64,000 nt of DNA from Amphiscolops sp. MND2022 (lineage: Eukaryota). The translations under genes and the position numbers were made by a program. Every line of letters begins with the position of its first letter. Within the stretch, counting starts at the first letter, position 1. Below, piece after piece: positions 11,845-24,483 of this stretch. A model generated the notes under the pieces. It was not told the DNA's origin. It saw nothing but the letters and a program-made list of their open reading frames with translations, and did no database searches. The DNA lies in assembly GCA_964187785.1 (NCBI GenBank), contig OZ076421.1, positions 26,660,001 to 26,724,000 of the forward strand. The letters run 5' to 3'.

Positions 11845-14800
11845 CTATTCGTCCAGTTTCCCTATTTCTTCTTCTTCTTTCTCCTCTCTTTTGGGAGTTT
11901 CGAATTTATTTTGAAAGACCTTACCGATGATGTCTTTAATGTGTATTTCCGTGTTAGCCTTATCGGCATCCTTAATAGCGGGGTCAAAATCTTCGTTTGT
12001 CAAGTTCTCCGCCACTGTCGTCAACGGTCCAATAGTTGCCAGCGACTGGCCTGCTTGCGGTGACTCACGACGTGAATTCGAACTCTGGCGATTTCGGATC
12101 AGCTTCGGGCGCCCTCTTCCCAATGTGCCAGTCTTTTTTGGAGTGGTCATACCTGGGGGCTCCGGTTCCAAGTCTTCAGATTCGCTGTCCGAGTCGTGAA
12201 TGTTGAATGTCCGGGGGGAGTTTATAAACGGGAATCCGGTCCATGTAGCACTGTTCCTCTGTTGTTGTGTAAGTTCAGAAATTGGTTTACTTATATGTTA
12301 TCTATGTTAAACCCTATTATCAGCTGTGGTAACGGTGTAGTTGGTGGCCGATACCACTATTTGGACTTTATCGGAGTATGCACTATCGCAATTTGGTTTC
12401 ACTATTTTTTTGCGTGGTGAAAAAAGAAGGGGCAATTTTTAACTCCTTTCGATCCTTTCTTCTGTTTCTTCGGCAGTTGGTCAGAGACACCGCCAGCTCC
12501 GTTGAATGAATACACCTGTAGGGTGTCCGGGTTTGCTGAATAACACGTTTTCGTTACTTTTTACAACGCGTCAAGAATTAATAAACTGCTGATCTCGATG
12601 TTTGGTTCGCGACCATAGTGTGGCTCGAATGCGGATTTATATATTCGTGTATGGGGTGTTTTCCGCATTACGTTTAATGCGGTGTCTAATGCTTTACCAA
12701 ATTTTTCGCAAGCATTTATGTTGGTTAGTACTTTTTCGTTTAGCGTTCTAACGCCCGTTCAACTAATCCTGTGGGTGTGTGTATATACCGTGTGCCGTAT
12801 GTCAACTTTGTTTTATAATTTTTGCAGAATTCTCTATATAACTGACCCGCGAATGCGGTCGCCTTATCTGTTCTAATCGTTTTTGGGACGCCGTTTTGGT
12901 TTATATATTGTTCCAAAAATTTGACCGCTGTCTGGCCTTCCGTTGTTTTACAGAAGCTGGCTGCCGGCCTATTACTAAACCGGTCCGGTCCATAAAGAGC
13001 AAAATGTAAAATCTATGGTTCTTCTCGGTGATTGGACCGATGAAATCCAATTGAATTTCTTCGTTTGGTTTACTTAGCGGTGGTAGCTGGTTTTTTGCCG
13101 TATTAGGTATATTAGGTTTGACGTTCTTACCTGACTTTTTGCAAGGGACGCAGTTATCACATTGTTTCTGTATGGCTTCGGTAATCCATGGCCACCAGAA
13201 GTGTCTTGCCGCCATTGACATTTGGTTTATGGCTGGGTGTCCCTTATGTAGGAGGCTGTTGACAGTTGTCCTCAAGTTCTCTAGGACTATTATATTGTCC
13301 TCGTAAAAACCAGTCCGCATCTGGTTGATAGCTTCTATTTATATAGAGAGTATTCGTCGGGCATATTGTCGAGCTGTTTTCTCTCTAAGCCAACAAAGCG
13401 TTTTGAGGAGACTTGGGTCATTTGTTGTCTCCATCATGACCTTTTTCAGGTCTGTGGCGAAATGCTTTTCCGTTTCCCTGACGTCATTTCCCAAATCCCA
13501 GTCGTTGGCTTCTTCTGCGTCCACTTTCGGCGCATGGCCCATTTTTATGGATTGGACGCTCTCGACGCCCACGTATTTGGCCCAGTCGACTGCCGGGACC
13601 TCCAGTACTGACAAGTCGTGGTCCGCTTTCGATCCAATTTCACCTTCTTCCATGGGGACCTGTTGTATTTGTCTTGAAGGCGGTCCTGGCTCGTCCTTTC
13701 GTTGTGGGTGTCGGCGTTGTGGGCGGTCCACTTCCCAAAAGAGGTCCACTGTCCACTGATCGTTGCGTTTTCCTCGTGGTTGGAAGCCCTGATGCTGATC
13801 CGCTTGTCTGTTATTTATATTTCTGATGGCCATTTGCAGTTGTCCTTCAATGATTCTCCTTTCACTTCGGAGGAATCTGAGCTCGTGGTATATTTTCCAC
13901 CGGCCACGGGATTATTGCCTGTAAACGCCGGGTTTGACTGTATCTCGCCAGTGGGCTATCAAGTTTCTGGTTTCTGCAGAAGGATCAGCGAGTTCTAAGT
14001 CAACGATGGTGCGTGCATCCATGTTTAAATTAACTTTTGTAAGTTGAAAATTCGTTCAGCTTTCCGTCGTTTGATTAAGGCAAGCAATGGCTGTTTGTTC
14101 ACGCCTATTGGATTGTTTCAGTTCGTTACGTTATATCCCGCTTTGTGATTGGCCTTAATGGTTGCTAAGGCAACCGTATTTGGTCATGAATTTATAGTGC
14201 GGTACGATGCTATTGATTACGTATTCTTTGTCGTATGCGTCATCTGCTTGCGGTGGTGCGGACGGACTTCTACTGAGATAATCCGCGTGTGCTAAATGCT
14301 TACCGGCTGTATGGCTTACGTTGATTGAAAAGTGGGCTAGCCGGTCCAGCCATCTCGTTAGCCTTGCGCTATACGTTTTGTGACTGATTGCGCTTAATTA
14401 GTGGTTCCTGCGCTTGGTGATCCGTGAGCGATTTTATCGGTTTCTCGTAAATATATAGACGGAAATGCTCCAGTCCCCAAACCACCGCTAATAATTCAAA
14501 TTCTTTGATGGCGTGTTTCTTTTCCGTATTCGAAAGGAAACGGCTGGGAAATCCGAGCAGTCTCAATTTTCCGTCTGGTTCTTCTTGCCAGAGCGTGGCC
14601 CCGAGGCCTTTTGTGTTCGCGTCCCTGGTTATTATATTTGGATAGTTCGAATTATAGTGTGCCAGACACGGTATTTTTTGTTTTAATTTTTTTGAACGCT
14701 TCCGTATGTTCTTCGGTCCATTTCCACTCCGTATATTTTTTGAGTAATTGTCTCAAAATGTCCGTTTGGGCTGAACGATTTTCGATATATTTAGACAAAT

Positions 14801-17035
14801 ATTGGATTGCTCCGAGGAAAGACTTTAGTTCCTTTTCGTTTTTTGGTTCTTTTAATTCTTTGATTACAAGTAGTTTGTCTTGTAACTGTCGGATTCCGTT
14901 ATTGTTTAATTTATGACCAATCCATTCTTATTCTGTTTTGAATAAATTGGATTTGGTTTCTCTCAAACTGTAGTCAGTCAAATTGTACGTCTAATAGCTC
15001 GTCCATGTGTTTTTCTTTGGAGCCTTTTGTTACTACTATTATGTCGTCCAACCAGGATGGTTGTTTATTTTCCAATGTTTGATCAATTTTTTCTAGAAAT
15101 ATGGTCGGGGTGTCCGCTAGCCCGTAAAAGCTTTTTAGGAACCGATATTATCCGGTGAAATTACCTCCGGTGACTTCAAAAACGCATAGGTTCATTGCTC
15201 TCTTTGAGATTTGTAATTGGTCGTATGCATAATCGAGATCAAACTTGGAAATCCAAATTTCGTCCGCTGGTTCCTCCGCTACTTTCCTGGAAACTCTCGA
15301 TATTAGTTCTTCCATATTTGGAAATTGTGCCTTTCTTTTTATAGTTATTTCATTCATTTTACTTGAACCTAACGCTATTTTCACTGATTCGTCTTTTTTT
15401 GAATTACCGCGGGACTTACGAAACAGTTTTCATCTATGTTTTTTGCTTCTTCAATGTTTCCCTGTTTTTTCAGTTTTTCAATTTCTTTTTTTACCGCGGG
15501 TTGTAGGTGGATGGGAAGAGGTCTACCCCTTTGCTGTATCCGTTTCGATTCCTCTCTTAGTTGGATAACTATTTCTACATTTTTACTGTAGGGCTTTTTG
15601 TGAAAAGTTTGTGGGACTTACTTTTCAGTGTTGCTATATCTGCGTCTTGTCTGTTGTTGATTTGGTCCGGTTTATTCATGTTGTTGACTTTTTGGTGTGG
15701 GGCTTCCGATTTCAGGGTTATCCCCAGTTTTCATCCAGTTGAGTCCTAGTAGAGGGTGAGTTTGTTTAGTAGTTATCAATAGTTCCAGTTGTTTTACTTT
15801 TCGGTCGATTTCGATGTTTGCCATGGTTTTACCTTTGAACTTTATTTTTTATCGTTTACGTCCGGTAATCTTCCAATACCGGTCTAATTTTGGTTATCTT
15901 GTTAAATCTTGCCTTCGGTATCAGTGTTACCGGTGAGTCTGTGTGGTCGATAAATTTTATTGGTCGGTTAATAACCAAAAGCGTTTGTGTATAAAACAGT
16001 TTTTCGCTCCTTTGTTTTTCGTTCCCATTAAATGTATCTTTTTTTAATTGAGTGGATTTTGTCTGGTATCCAGTCATCTTAGTCTTCACTGTATGCGTCT
16101 TCGTTTGCGATGTGGTTTATTTTCCAGGCTGATCTGCAACATTTTGCGTAATGTCCCAGTTTACCGCATTTTATGCATTTCTTTCCTTTGCGGGACATTC
16201 ATGCTGTTTGGACCAATTGGGAGCTCCACATTTATTGCCGTCCAGTTATCTTGTTTCCGGGTAACGTTCGGTTTGTTCTTTGCTATTTTTAGTTTTCTTT
16301 TGCCACGTATCGGAGTTTCTTTTCCTCTTCTGTTTCGAATGATTCGTTTAGTTTTTCGTACATATATGCGTGTAATGCGTCTTGTGATTGCTTCTACGGA
16401 CATCGCTTTTTCGAATTTTTTTAGTTCATAGTCCCTCGTAGACTTTCCGATTAGTGATGGGAATTTTAAGGCTATGAGCTCGGCTGCTGTTATTGTCTCG
16501 AATTCGCAATTCTTTTCGACGTCTAAGGTCTTTTTCCATATGTCCGCGGCTGTTTCTTTTGCTTCTCTTTTTAGGTCGAAAAAATCGGCACGGCTGTGTT
16601 GTAAATTTACTTCTGAGGTACAGTGCAAACGGAATGAAGTGTCAGTTTGTATAACGGTAGGGCACTGGGCTCCGATTCTCTCACCGTTTTTGTCATTTCT
16701 GTTAGTGCACATTGTCCAATCGCCCATAGGAATGTATCTTTTATCTCGAGTTCCAGTTGGTCTCGGAATTTTGGCGGTACCTCTTTTGAGTCGGTCATAA
16801 TTGACAATTTGATGACCTTTGTCATTTTTATGTTTGGCACAAACTTCCGCCACCAGAGATTTTTGCTGGATCTATCGTGTTTCTCTAGGCATGGAACGGA
16901 TAGTTTCTGGGTGCATGTCCGGTCGCCCGCTCTCATTGGAGTCTCATTGGGTATTGACCGGCTGCTTGTCGACTGATCGGTTGTCCGATTCTGTTGTCCT
17001 CCCGTTTGTGGAAAGATCTTGTTGGAGTCATCCAT
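11845..17035 (-). pseudogene. Gypsy gag-pol, multiply disrupted
   Basis: RT (FPNMEELI..ISKFDLDYAY, 15148-15384), RNase H (ELLAVVWGLEHFRLY..TDHQA, 14369-14566) and integrase HHCC plus core (HKGHPA..FWWP..CDNCVPC..IQLDFIGP, 12901-13320). Gag-like ORFs at 16161-17035. Many stops and frameshifts. Confidence 0.9.
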
Positions 17036-17136
17036 TCGTTATTTTCCGCCCACAGAAATGGGGGAGGAAAATCATGATCTGTGATCCGTTTTTTTACAAA
17101 TGTTGCCAAAACTCCACTTTGTTACTCCATATTTTG

Positions 17137-17208
17137 GTCACCGTAGCCCAGTGGGTAGTGCGTCTGCCTGGCAGACACGAGGTCATGGGTTCGAGCCCGT
17201 GCTGGTGC
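17137..17208 (+). other. tRNA-Ala-like SINE head or tRNA pseudogene inside the Gypsy leader (antisense to the element)
   Basis: GTAGCCCAGTGG (A box), GGTTCGAGCCC (B box) and spacing like tRNA-Ala with GGC at the anticodon position. The anticodon and acceptor stems pair poorly. A second B box GGTTCGAACC lies near 17243. Confidence 0.55.
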
Positions 17209-17379
17209 TTGAATTTTTTTGTTTCTCAGCCAGTAGGTCGTGGGTTCGAACCTCTCCTTCGCCCTACTTTTTTTAGCAATAAGCGTGTCGCGGAAAATAT
17301 GCCGGTGCTCAGCGGGCGTCTTGTTTGGAGTGGGTCGTTGTTAGCTAGTTCTGATTTAGTTGTCAGTTAAACTGACACT

Positions 17380-17389
17380 GACTGCGCCA
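17380..17389 (-). promoter_or_regulatory. Primer-binding site TGGCGCAGTC (tRNA-Ser type)
   Basis: Directly follows the CA end of the 5' LTR on the minus strand and is complementary to a tRNA 3' end GACTGCGCCA. Confidence 0.75.
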
Positions 17390-17581
17390 TGTTTCAACTT
17401 CAGAGTATGAAAATTTAGTATCGTAATAAGACTGTATTTCATCTCTGATCAATCTGTACTAAGATTAGTGAATAAGAATATTAGCGTAGTATGGTAAAAT
17501 GTTAACACGTACTTGAGACTAACTATATAAATAGGATACAGTCTCATAATAGTTTGTCCTCTAACTTCTTCTTTTTCTCCA
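17390..17581 (-). repeat. Gypsy 5' LTR
   Basis: TGTTTC...CTCCA is homologous to 11301-11480 with a small insertion. Confidence 0.9.
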
Positions 17582-17779
17582 ATGGGGGTACTGTTTTATG
17601 AGCATAACTCTGGCTTTTATCTTCAAAGCCAGCATAATGCTGATTTATTTTGTTGGGTTTTTGAATGAACGATGTATGATCATCACTAGCGAAAGGAAAA
17701 CGTTTAACATTGAACATTTAAAACAACGACATAATTAAAAACGCGCGTTGATACCAATGTATCTAATCATGCAAAAATC

Positions 17780-20280
17780 GGTTCATCAAATTTCCAGATT
17801 CTCAAAAATTCAACGATCCATATGCTTCACAGTTACCTAGGTTACGGATTTCTTCAATAACCTCATCAACTCGTAATTTCAATGTGGCAATAGCACGCAA
17901 TTGTTCAGACAAAATGACTCGTTCAGAATTAGTTGGGAAACCAAATAAAAAGACGGCTAGTGACCATGGCTGCAATTTCAATTTCCCAGTAACACCTTTC
18001 ATCTGTCCGCATTGTGCCGACTTAATTCTGCAAATAAATTAATTCTGCGAATCTCAACACGTATGGGAAGTATGTGCAGTGCAAGAAAGTCAACAATTTT
18101 TAGCTCTGGATTCACGAACTGTGCCAGTGCATCAAATCGGTTTTGTACTGCTATTTCACGCCTTGTCGTTTCCTTCAATATGCTTCGAATGGCCTGTAGA
18201 GTTTTTTGTCTAAATCGTCACAATTAGATTAGATTACTGCGGCTTAATACAGATCGAGGCTCTAAATGAAGACTCATTTAATTTATCAAAATCATTGAAA
18301 GGCCTTTTTTCAATGCTAAAATTAAGTGTTGCTACTGAAAGAATGAAAGATACTACTGACTTGGCACCAACAAAAAACAACATTTTGGAACTCATTAACA
18401 CGGCTTACAATAACATAGAGCTGCGATTTCATCCATAGACAGTAATTCGTGTCACTAGCAGATAATTGGGTCGCAATCTTTGCAAAAGTGTCACCCATTA
18501 CTTTATGACAGGTACGGGCGACGTAAATGTTGACTGGAAATTGCGTTCTCCGAAGAGTGGAATCTCTTTGCGAACGTAAAACCAGTTGTCCTGCTAATTC
18601 TTTTCACGGGCCAAAACTAGAATTTATTCTGGACAAACAAATCAGGTTCAAATACGGAATCTACATGGGGAGCGACGTAAACTTGTATAGACGAATCATC
18701 AATCAAGGTGTTTTTCCTCTGCACTGAACTAAAAGAAGTGGCCTAAAAGTTCGTAATTCAAAGCCCAAACAGAAGACCAAAAATAAAATGACTTGATTTT
18801 CTAGGAACATGACACTTTTGGCATGGACGGTTCAGCGCCATGTCTATCGCAAATCTCGCCAACAGTGAGTGTAGGAGGCATGTAAGCAGTGCTGAGATTG
18901 GAAGCGTTAAGGAATGTGTGGATTGCGAGCATGGCAAACAGTGAAGACCCAGTAGATCCACGTAGATGATCGTCTATCAGACATTGCAAGTGAAGAATTG
19001 ACAGGAGAGGAAATGTGGGACAAGAAAGCATCGTCAATTTCACTCATTTCACTCAGGCGGAGAGCAGGTCAGGCCTACGAGACACCTTTAATTTTTCTGT
19101 TTTCGTCAAAAGTTTCTCACTCTTGACGTTGAACTTTCTTTTGTTTGTTAACTGAACAGCGCTAATTCTACCATAACCACCTTTGCTAGTAACCATGGTG
19201 AACGTGTTTTAATAACTTCCGACTTTGTTGAGAGTGGCATATCAAAATTGAGGCAAGAATGGCAAGTCGATCAGCTTGTGGGTGCATCAAGTTAACGAAA
19301 GGTGAGGTTGGAACATGCTGGAAGTTTTTCTCGATAGAAGTGTTTTGCAAAGAACAAGTTACAATTTCCCATCCGTCATTGTTCACTGTTAGGCAGGGAG
19401 AACAAAGAAACTGATCCAAATGAATTTTCGCTGATAAGTAATCTCGTGTCATGCCGCCAAAGATATGCTTGGAAGATTTAAATGAAGTGAATAAAGGGAA
19501 GAGCTTGTTCAACGAATGTTTGAACGATATGATGGAATCGTATGATGACACGTGTCTTGTACTGAACACCCACCTGGGCACTTAGCAAAAAGGATTGTCG
19601 AAAAATTTAAACTAGATTTCAACAATCTTGCTTTTTTGTTTCTCGTATACTTTTGTAATTGTTCAGTATGATCATCAAAGTCATTGAACAGCGGCAAATT
19701 TTTGACTTTTTTAAATCCCGTAGCAGTTTATGCAGCTGAAAACCACGTTTGAGCCAAAGTGAAAGGCAACTGAGAATAAAAATTTTGATCGTTGCTGTTA
19801 ACTTTTTCTTCGAAGAACATGAGGAGTAAACACAAAAGAGACGGCCAGGCAAACTTCCACATACTTCGATGCATCAAGTAAGATTTACACTGGTCGCAAA
19901 GCGCGACAGAAGCGTTTTTCTGCAGGTGCACCGAATGAAACAGTAGACGAGACAGAAACTTTTTCTTTTGTTAAAGTTATTGGATGATGATGAGTACTTT
20001 GGCGAAAACATTTCTGGCAAGTATCTTTAGGCAAAGATATTGACTTGAAGTTGCAGCGTTTTTGATTTTGGAGTTATTCAAGCAGTTTGCGCTGTGCAAT
20101 GTTGAACATTGGTGTCGGGTTACAGGTCCAAAAGAATAAAATTAAATTTTTATTGTCTAATAAGATTGCAGAAATCCAGCGTAAGAAATATTTATATAAT
20201 TCTCTGTAATCTGATTGACTGAAGCGGGCGGACCGGAACGAAGTCCGTTCCAAGACTTTTAAAAATGAATTTTTCAATTT
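17780..20280 (-). pseudogene. Decayed coding relic of unknown Cys-rich protein (possibly from a large Helitron-like element)
   Basis: Protein-like pieces in shifting frames on the minus strand: FRSARFSQSDY..LY.YFL, LCDQCKSYL..WKFAWPS, KCPGGCS, FLCSPC, HPQADRLA, KGGYGRISAVQLTNKRKF..EKL..RPDL. They are broken by stops and frameshifts. Confidence 0.4.
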
Positions 20281-20313
20281 CCCCTATATTCACTATGTTC
20301 CCCTATGTTCCCT

Positions 20314-20408
20314 AGTCAGCTATGTTCACATACTCCTAGTATCCTAAAAGGAGCGAAGCGGAGCGACGTGCCATATGGCCTTGCCTCAATGTTGCTACTT
20401 GGCGAAGA
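20314..20408. repeat. Fragment of the 10540/42060 MITE family
   Basis: AGTCAGCTATG..GAGCGAAGCG..GCCTCAATGTTGCTACTTGGCGAAG is shared with about 42208-42310. Confidence 0.7.
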
Positions 20409-20440
20409 GATCGAAGCCATTCAACAAATATGATAAGTGT

Positions 20441-20536
20441 TTTTTCGGACTTGTGCAACCGAAATTTATTTTCGGACTTGTGCAACCCAAATTTATTTTC
20501 GGACTTGTGCAACCTAAATTTATTTTTGGACTTGTG
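20441..20536. repeat. 27-bp minisatellite, about 3.5 copies
   Basis: TTTTCGGACTTGTGCAACCNAAATTTA is tandemly repeated. Confidence 0.9.
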
Positions 20537-22576
20537 AATAGCCGCCTGAACATTGATACCACATTAAGTGTTCCGTTCCCGAATATCTCTGTCAATTTTA
20601 TGAGAGTGGCGAACAACTGTTGTGTCTTGCCTTTCATTCACAAAAAGTAACGAAAAAAAGCTACATATCTTGAATCGCTGGTAGTATCTTGACTGCCTAC
20701 GTTTAGCAAAGTTAATGTCACTAATGAATCATCCTTGGGTGTTTCTGTGTGATATTATTCTGCGCTTTCTTTTCGGCCTCATGCTATCGAAGTAAAAGGA
20801 ACAATTAACATTTCGTGGTATGACTGGAGTAGCACACGACAGCGTGATACTACGCTACATAGGACGAAATGTATTAAATGTCGAGAAACCTCACAGACGT
20901 TAGCAAACAGCGGATAAAGAGAGCTATTCGCTATTCGGAATCACACGATTTATAAAAATTTAAAAAAATCAAAGATAAACGCCTGGGATTTCAGTAAATT
21001 CAGTTTGTAGGGCCATGTTGAATACTTTAATAGCTTTGATGCAGGTCCTTCTTTGCGGATTGGTTACCAAAATGACCTCGATATTTAATATTACAAGGTC
21101 ACCCCTCATTGCTGAAAAAAAAACAAATAAACTCAATGAATTGCAACACTAGTCTTAGGACATAAATGAAAACTAGTAAAAGAACATGACAACTATTTCG
21201 AAAATTAAAAACAGTCTCTTCCATCGTCCCCAATTCACGTCTAGACGTTGGATTGAAACTCACATCGTTCCCACCGTATAAAACTACCACGCGCTTTTAG
21301 AGCAGTATTTGGAATCTCCTGTGGCGTTCCAAGAGATTAGTCGTTGTTAGCCTTCCGCCACCACGTATGATGCAGTCGTTTTCAAAGAGAAAAGTTCTGA
21401 TAAGCGCCTCACATGGCTGTCTCCAATAATTGGAGTAGTTATAATCCTAACAGGTGGACCAGATAAATTACATCGAAAGTTGAATGTTACCACCATAAAT
21501 GCAAAGACGGAAACTTCTCTTCGTGTGTATGTGTGATTTCGCAAATTTGAGTTTTAATAAACAGACGTGTTGATCGACAGTCAAACCCTACTTAAAGAAG
21601 CGAGTGAATGTACTTATGATCTCATGATCGTGACGACTTTTGCAAGTTACCTGCCCAAAACGTTCGCAGTGTCGACAGAACGGTCTCGAAAATCAATAAT
21701 CACAAAATTTAAACAAGTTCATAATAAACCTTAGATAGCGCCGAAAAAAGTTGGTTGTAAAGTATGGAAATCTAATAAAATAAAGTTGGTATAAGGTGTA
21801 TATATTTTCTCGAGACTTTTGTTACATGAAATTCCCAGAAAAACTTTTTTCGGGTCTTGATGTTATAAATCAATGGTAAAACATCACTTCAACTAACAAT
21901 CTAATTTACAACGTAAATCAGATAAAGTTCAAAGATTACCCAATGTTATGTGTAACGCAAAAACCAAGTAGAAAAAATCAATTCGATCATGTAAGGTGAG
22001 AAATAAACAAGGCAACTATTGAGACAGAGGAGATTTGGCAAAACACCTGAATGAATTGAAAGATTCAATAACTAAAGCAAATGCAGGCTGGTTTTAGAGG
22101 TGATTAGTTGCATAAATCGTCAATACCTTTCTCCATTGACATGCATGCCGTCAGTATCAGCGTGCCTGTTGAGGGAAATCTGTGGAAAAGACATAACATA
22201 ACCATTGTAAAAAATATACAACGTTGAAAAGTAGCAGACTACTTGTGTTACCGCTGCGTTTAAGCCCGGCTATTAAAATGTGACAAGGCAAAAACCAAAG
22301 CAATTGTTTCAAAACGATTCGGAAGATGTTATAAACAAATGAGAAGGCAAGTATAACAAATGACCCTCAACTATGATAATCCCCTATCTTACCTTTGAGC
22401 CCAAGATCAAGACTGCGCCTGGGATTTCTACAAAATCAGTTCGTAGGGCCATGTTGAATCCTTTAATACACTATGGTACCAGAAAGCTACGTACACCTGT
22501 TGAATTTTTAAAAACTGAGAGGAAAATTTGAAATTTAAACAGAAAAAAAATATAATCAAATTAGGAGACAAACACA

Positions 22577-24483
22577 CTAATAACCAATCATATTTCCATC
22601 GTTTTTTATAGTTTTTACGAGGCGACTCTCATAAGATGCGTACATATTTCGGATAATTTCGGGACTGATATTGTTCCAAATATCAATCACTGTTTCTTCC
22701 AAATTTTCCCACGTTAGAGTTTGTCCTTGCAGGGATTTCTTCAGTATAGCCCAAATATTTTCCATGGGGTTCAAATCAGGACTATACGGAGGCCATTCGA
22801 GCACATCCCACTTCTTTTCACTTAGATAGTTGGAAACCTCTCTGCTTCTGTGAATTGGGGCATTATCGTGCTGGAAAACAATGTCCGGTAGGTGCAAATT
22901 TCTGTCATACTTTTCAAGAATTTCGACATAGCCGCTGCTGTTGAGTGTTGCCGGGCATCTAATTAGCATCTTCCTGCCATCCGATCGAATAGCTCCCCAG
23001 AACATAAGCGAGCGTTTATCAGTGTTCTGCCCTTGAATATTTTTTGAGTGGAAACGCGATCCTTTTTCTCGGAAAACTCTTACAATACCGTCACTGTTCA
23101 GACGCACACGAGTTTCATCAGTGAAAACCACATTTTCCCAGAATCCTTTTCCATCCAGCCAAGATTATTATGTAAAACTTCATGAGAAAAAGAATAGCAA
23201 AAGTAGAGTACTACAAAAATCTGCGATAATAAAAAACAAAAGAAAAAGTCAGAAAAAGTTGAAACACTTTGTCGATAAATTTGAGGCTTAAGCAGGTCAC
23301 CGACTTACGCTGTTCCCCGATTGTTTACGGTTCTTAGTCGGCGCTTATATCAAAAAGTGCCCGACTATTACAATGACATTTATTTTTTTAGTCGCCGCTT
23401 TTAACTGTTCGAATTCAAGTAGATTTGGCGCAGCCGGTTGAATTCTCACTTTTGACACCAAAGATTGTGGGTTCCACCCCAGGGCTGTCCCGTGTTTTTA
23501 GACGATTTCGCAAACAGAAGAAAAGGGTCACCCTGTGAATTTTTTTCGGCCCTGTGAAACAAAAAAAATGAAATATTCGAAAAATCGAAATTTTGAAAAA
23601 AATTCCAAAATTCATGCATGGATTTTGTTTCAGTTCAAGGCCGTAATTGGAAGGTTTCAAAAATAAAAGAATGCATTCTTATTGTGAAATGTTGTGAAAA
23701 AAATTGGGAAAATTTCGAAGATTTTTTTCGAAAATTTCGATTTTTTTTCTAAATTTTTGATTTTTTTGTCTCACAGTGCTGAAAAATTTCGAAGGGAGAC
23801 CCTTTGGTGTTGAGAAAAAATTGTCTCACAGTGCCGAAAAGTTTGTAGGAGGGGCCGTTTGGTGTTGCGATAAAAAAATTAGGAAAATTCCGAAACTTTG
23901 AGATTTTCTTCGAAAATTTCCGATTTTTTTGCTGAAAATTTTCGTCTATTTGCGGACTCTGTGTATGACTCTGTGTATGATTTTCCTTCCCAAAATTGAA
24001 AATTTTTTACTATGTACTTTTTTCAGTGAGTGCAAGGCTGGACAAAAAACCGAGCGGCTTCTTGGACATTCGCAAGCACCATTTTTTCCTCGTTGTTCGT
24101 TGTTTTTTATTGAGCTGAAATTTTTTAGCCGCCACTCTAGAAACTAGCCCATACTTCTTCAGAACTCGCCGAATTGTAGATCTTGAGACACTTTTTGAGG
24201 TTGCAAAAGAATTATACTTTACCCTGATTCTTTGTAATGTAGTTTTGGGATCGTTTTTGACGCTTCTTATAATTAATCTTTTGTCTTTTTTGCTAAGTTT
24301 TTCCGGTCTTCCTGGTGGTTTTTTTGGAGAATAAGAACTGGTTTTCAAAAAGCGCTTGTAAGCTGACTGTGCTGTTGATCGTGACTTCAAACCCAATTTC
24401 TCTTTGATTTGATTGTAAGATAACCCAATCTCGCGAAGAGTAACAATTTTGCAAACCAAAAATGAATCAAGCGGTTTAACCAT
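22577..24483 (-). CDS. Tc1-family DD34E transposase, split by a 905-nt insert (parts 24051-24483 and 22577-23145)
   Basis: N-terminal HTH with GRPEKL. C-terminal VFTDE...HDN-x-WPPYSPDLNPME with exactly 34 residues between the second D and E. Joining the two parts gives 333 aa without stops. Confidence 0.9.
23146..24050. mobile_element. Composite non-autonomous insert within the Tc1 ORF
   Basis: Imperfect terminal inverted repeats (TTTTTTGTCCAGCC vs TTTTCCATCCAGCC). Contains a HINE-family terminus near 23335-23380, a tRNA-like A/B-box pair (23426-23480) and GGGAGACCCTTT/CACAGTGCCGAAAA body motifs. Confidence 0.7.

Larger units (their letters stand above)
11301..17581 (-). mobile_element. Decayed Ty3/Gypsy LTR retrotransposon
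   Basis: Two TG...CA LTRs, PBS, PPT and flanks ATGGA/ATGGG (5-bp TSD with one mismatch). Protease, RT, RNase H and integrase fragments occur in Gypsy order on the minus strand. Confidence 0.92.

Noticed and set aside
17137-17208. Functional tRNA-Ala(GGC) gene
   Set aside because: The anticodon and acceptor stems do not pair properly. It is treated as a SINE head or pseudogene, as are the tRNA-like pieces at 6740-6808 and 23426-23480.
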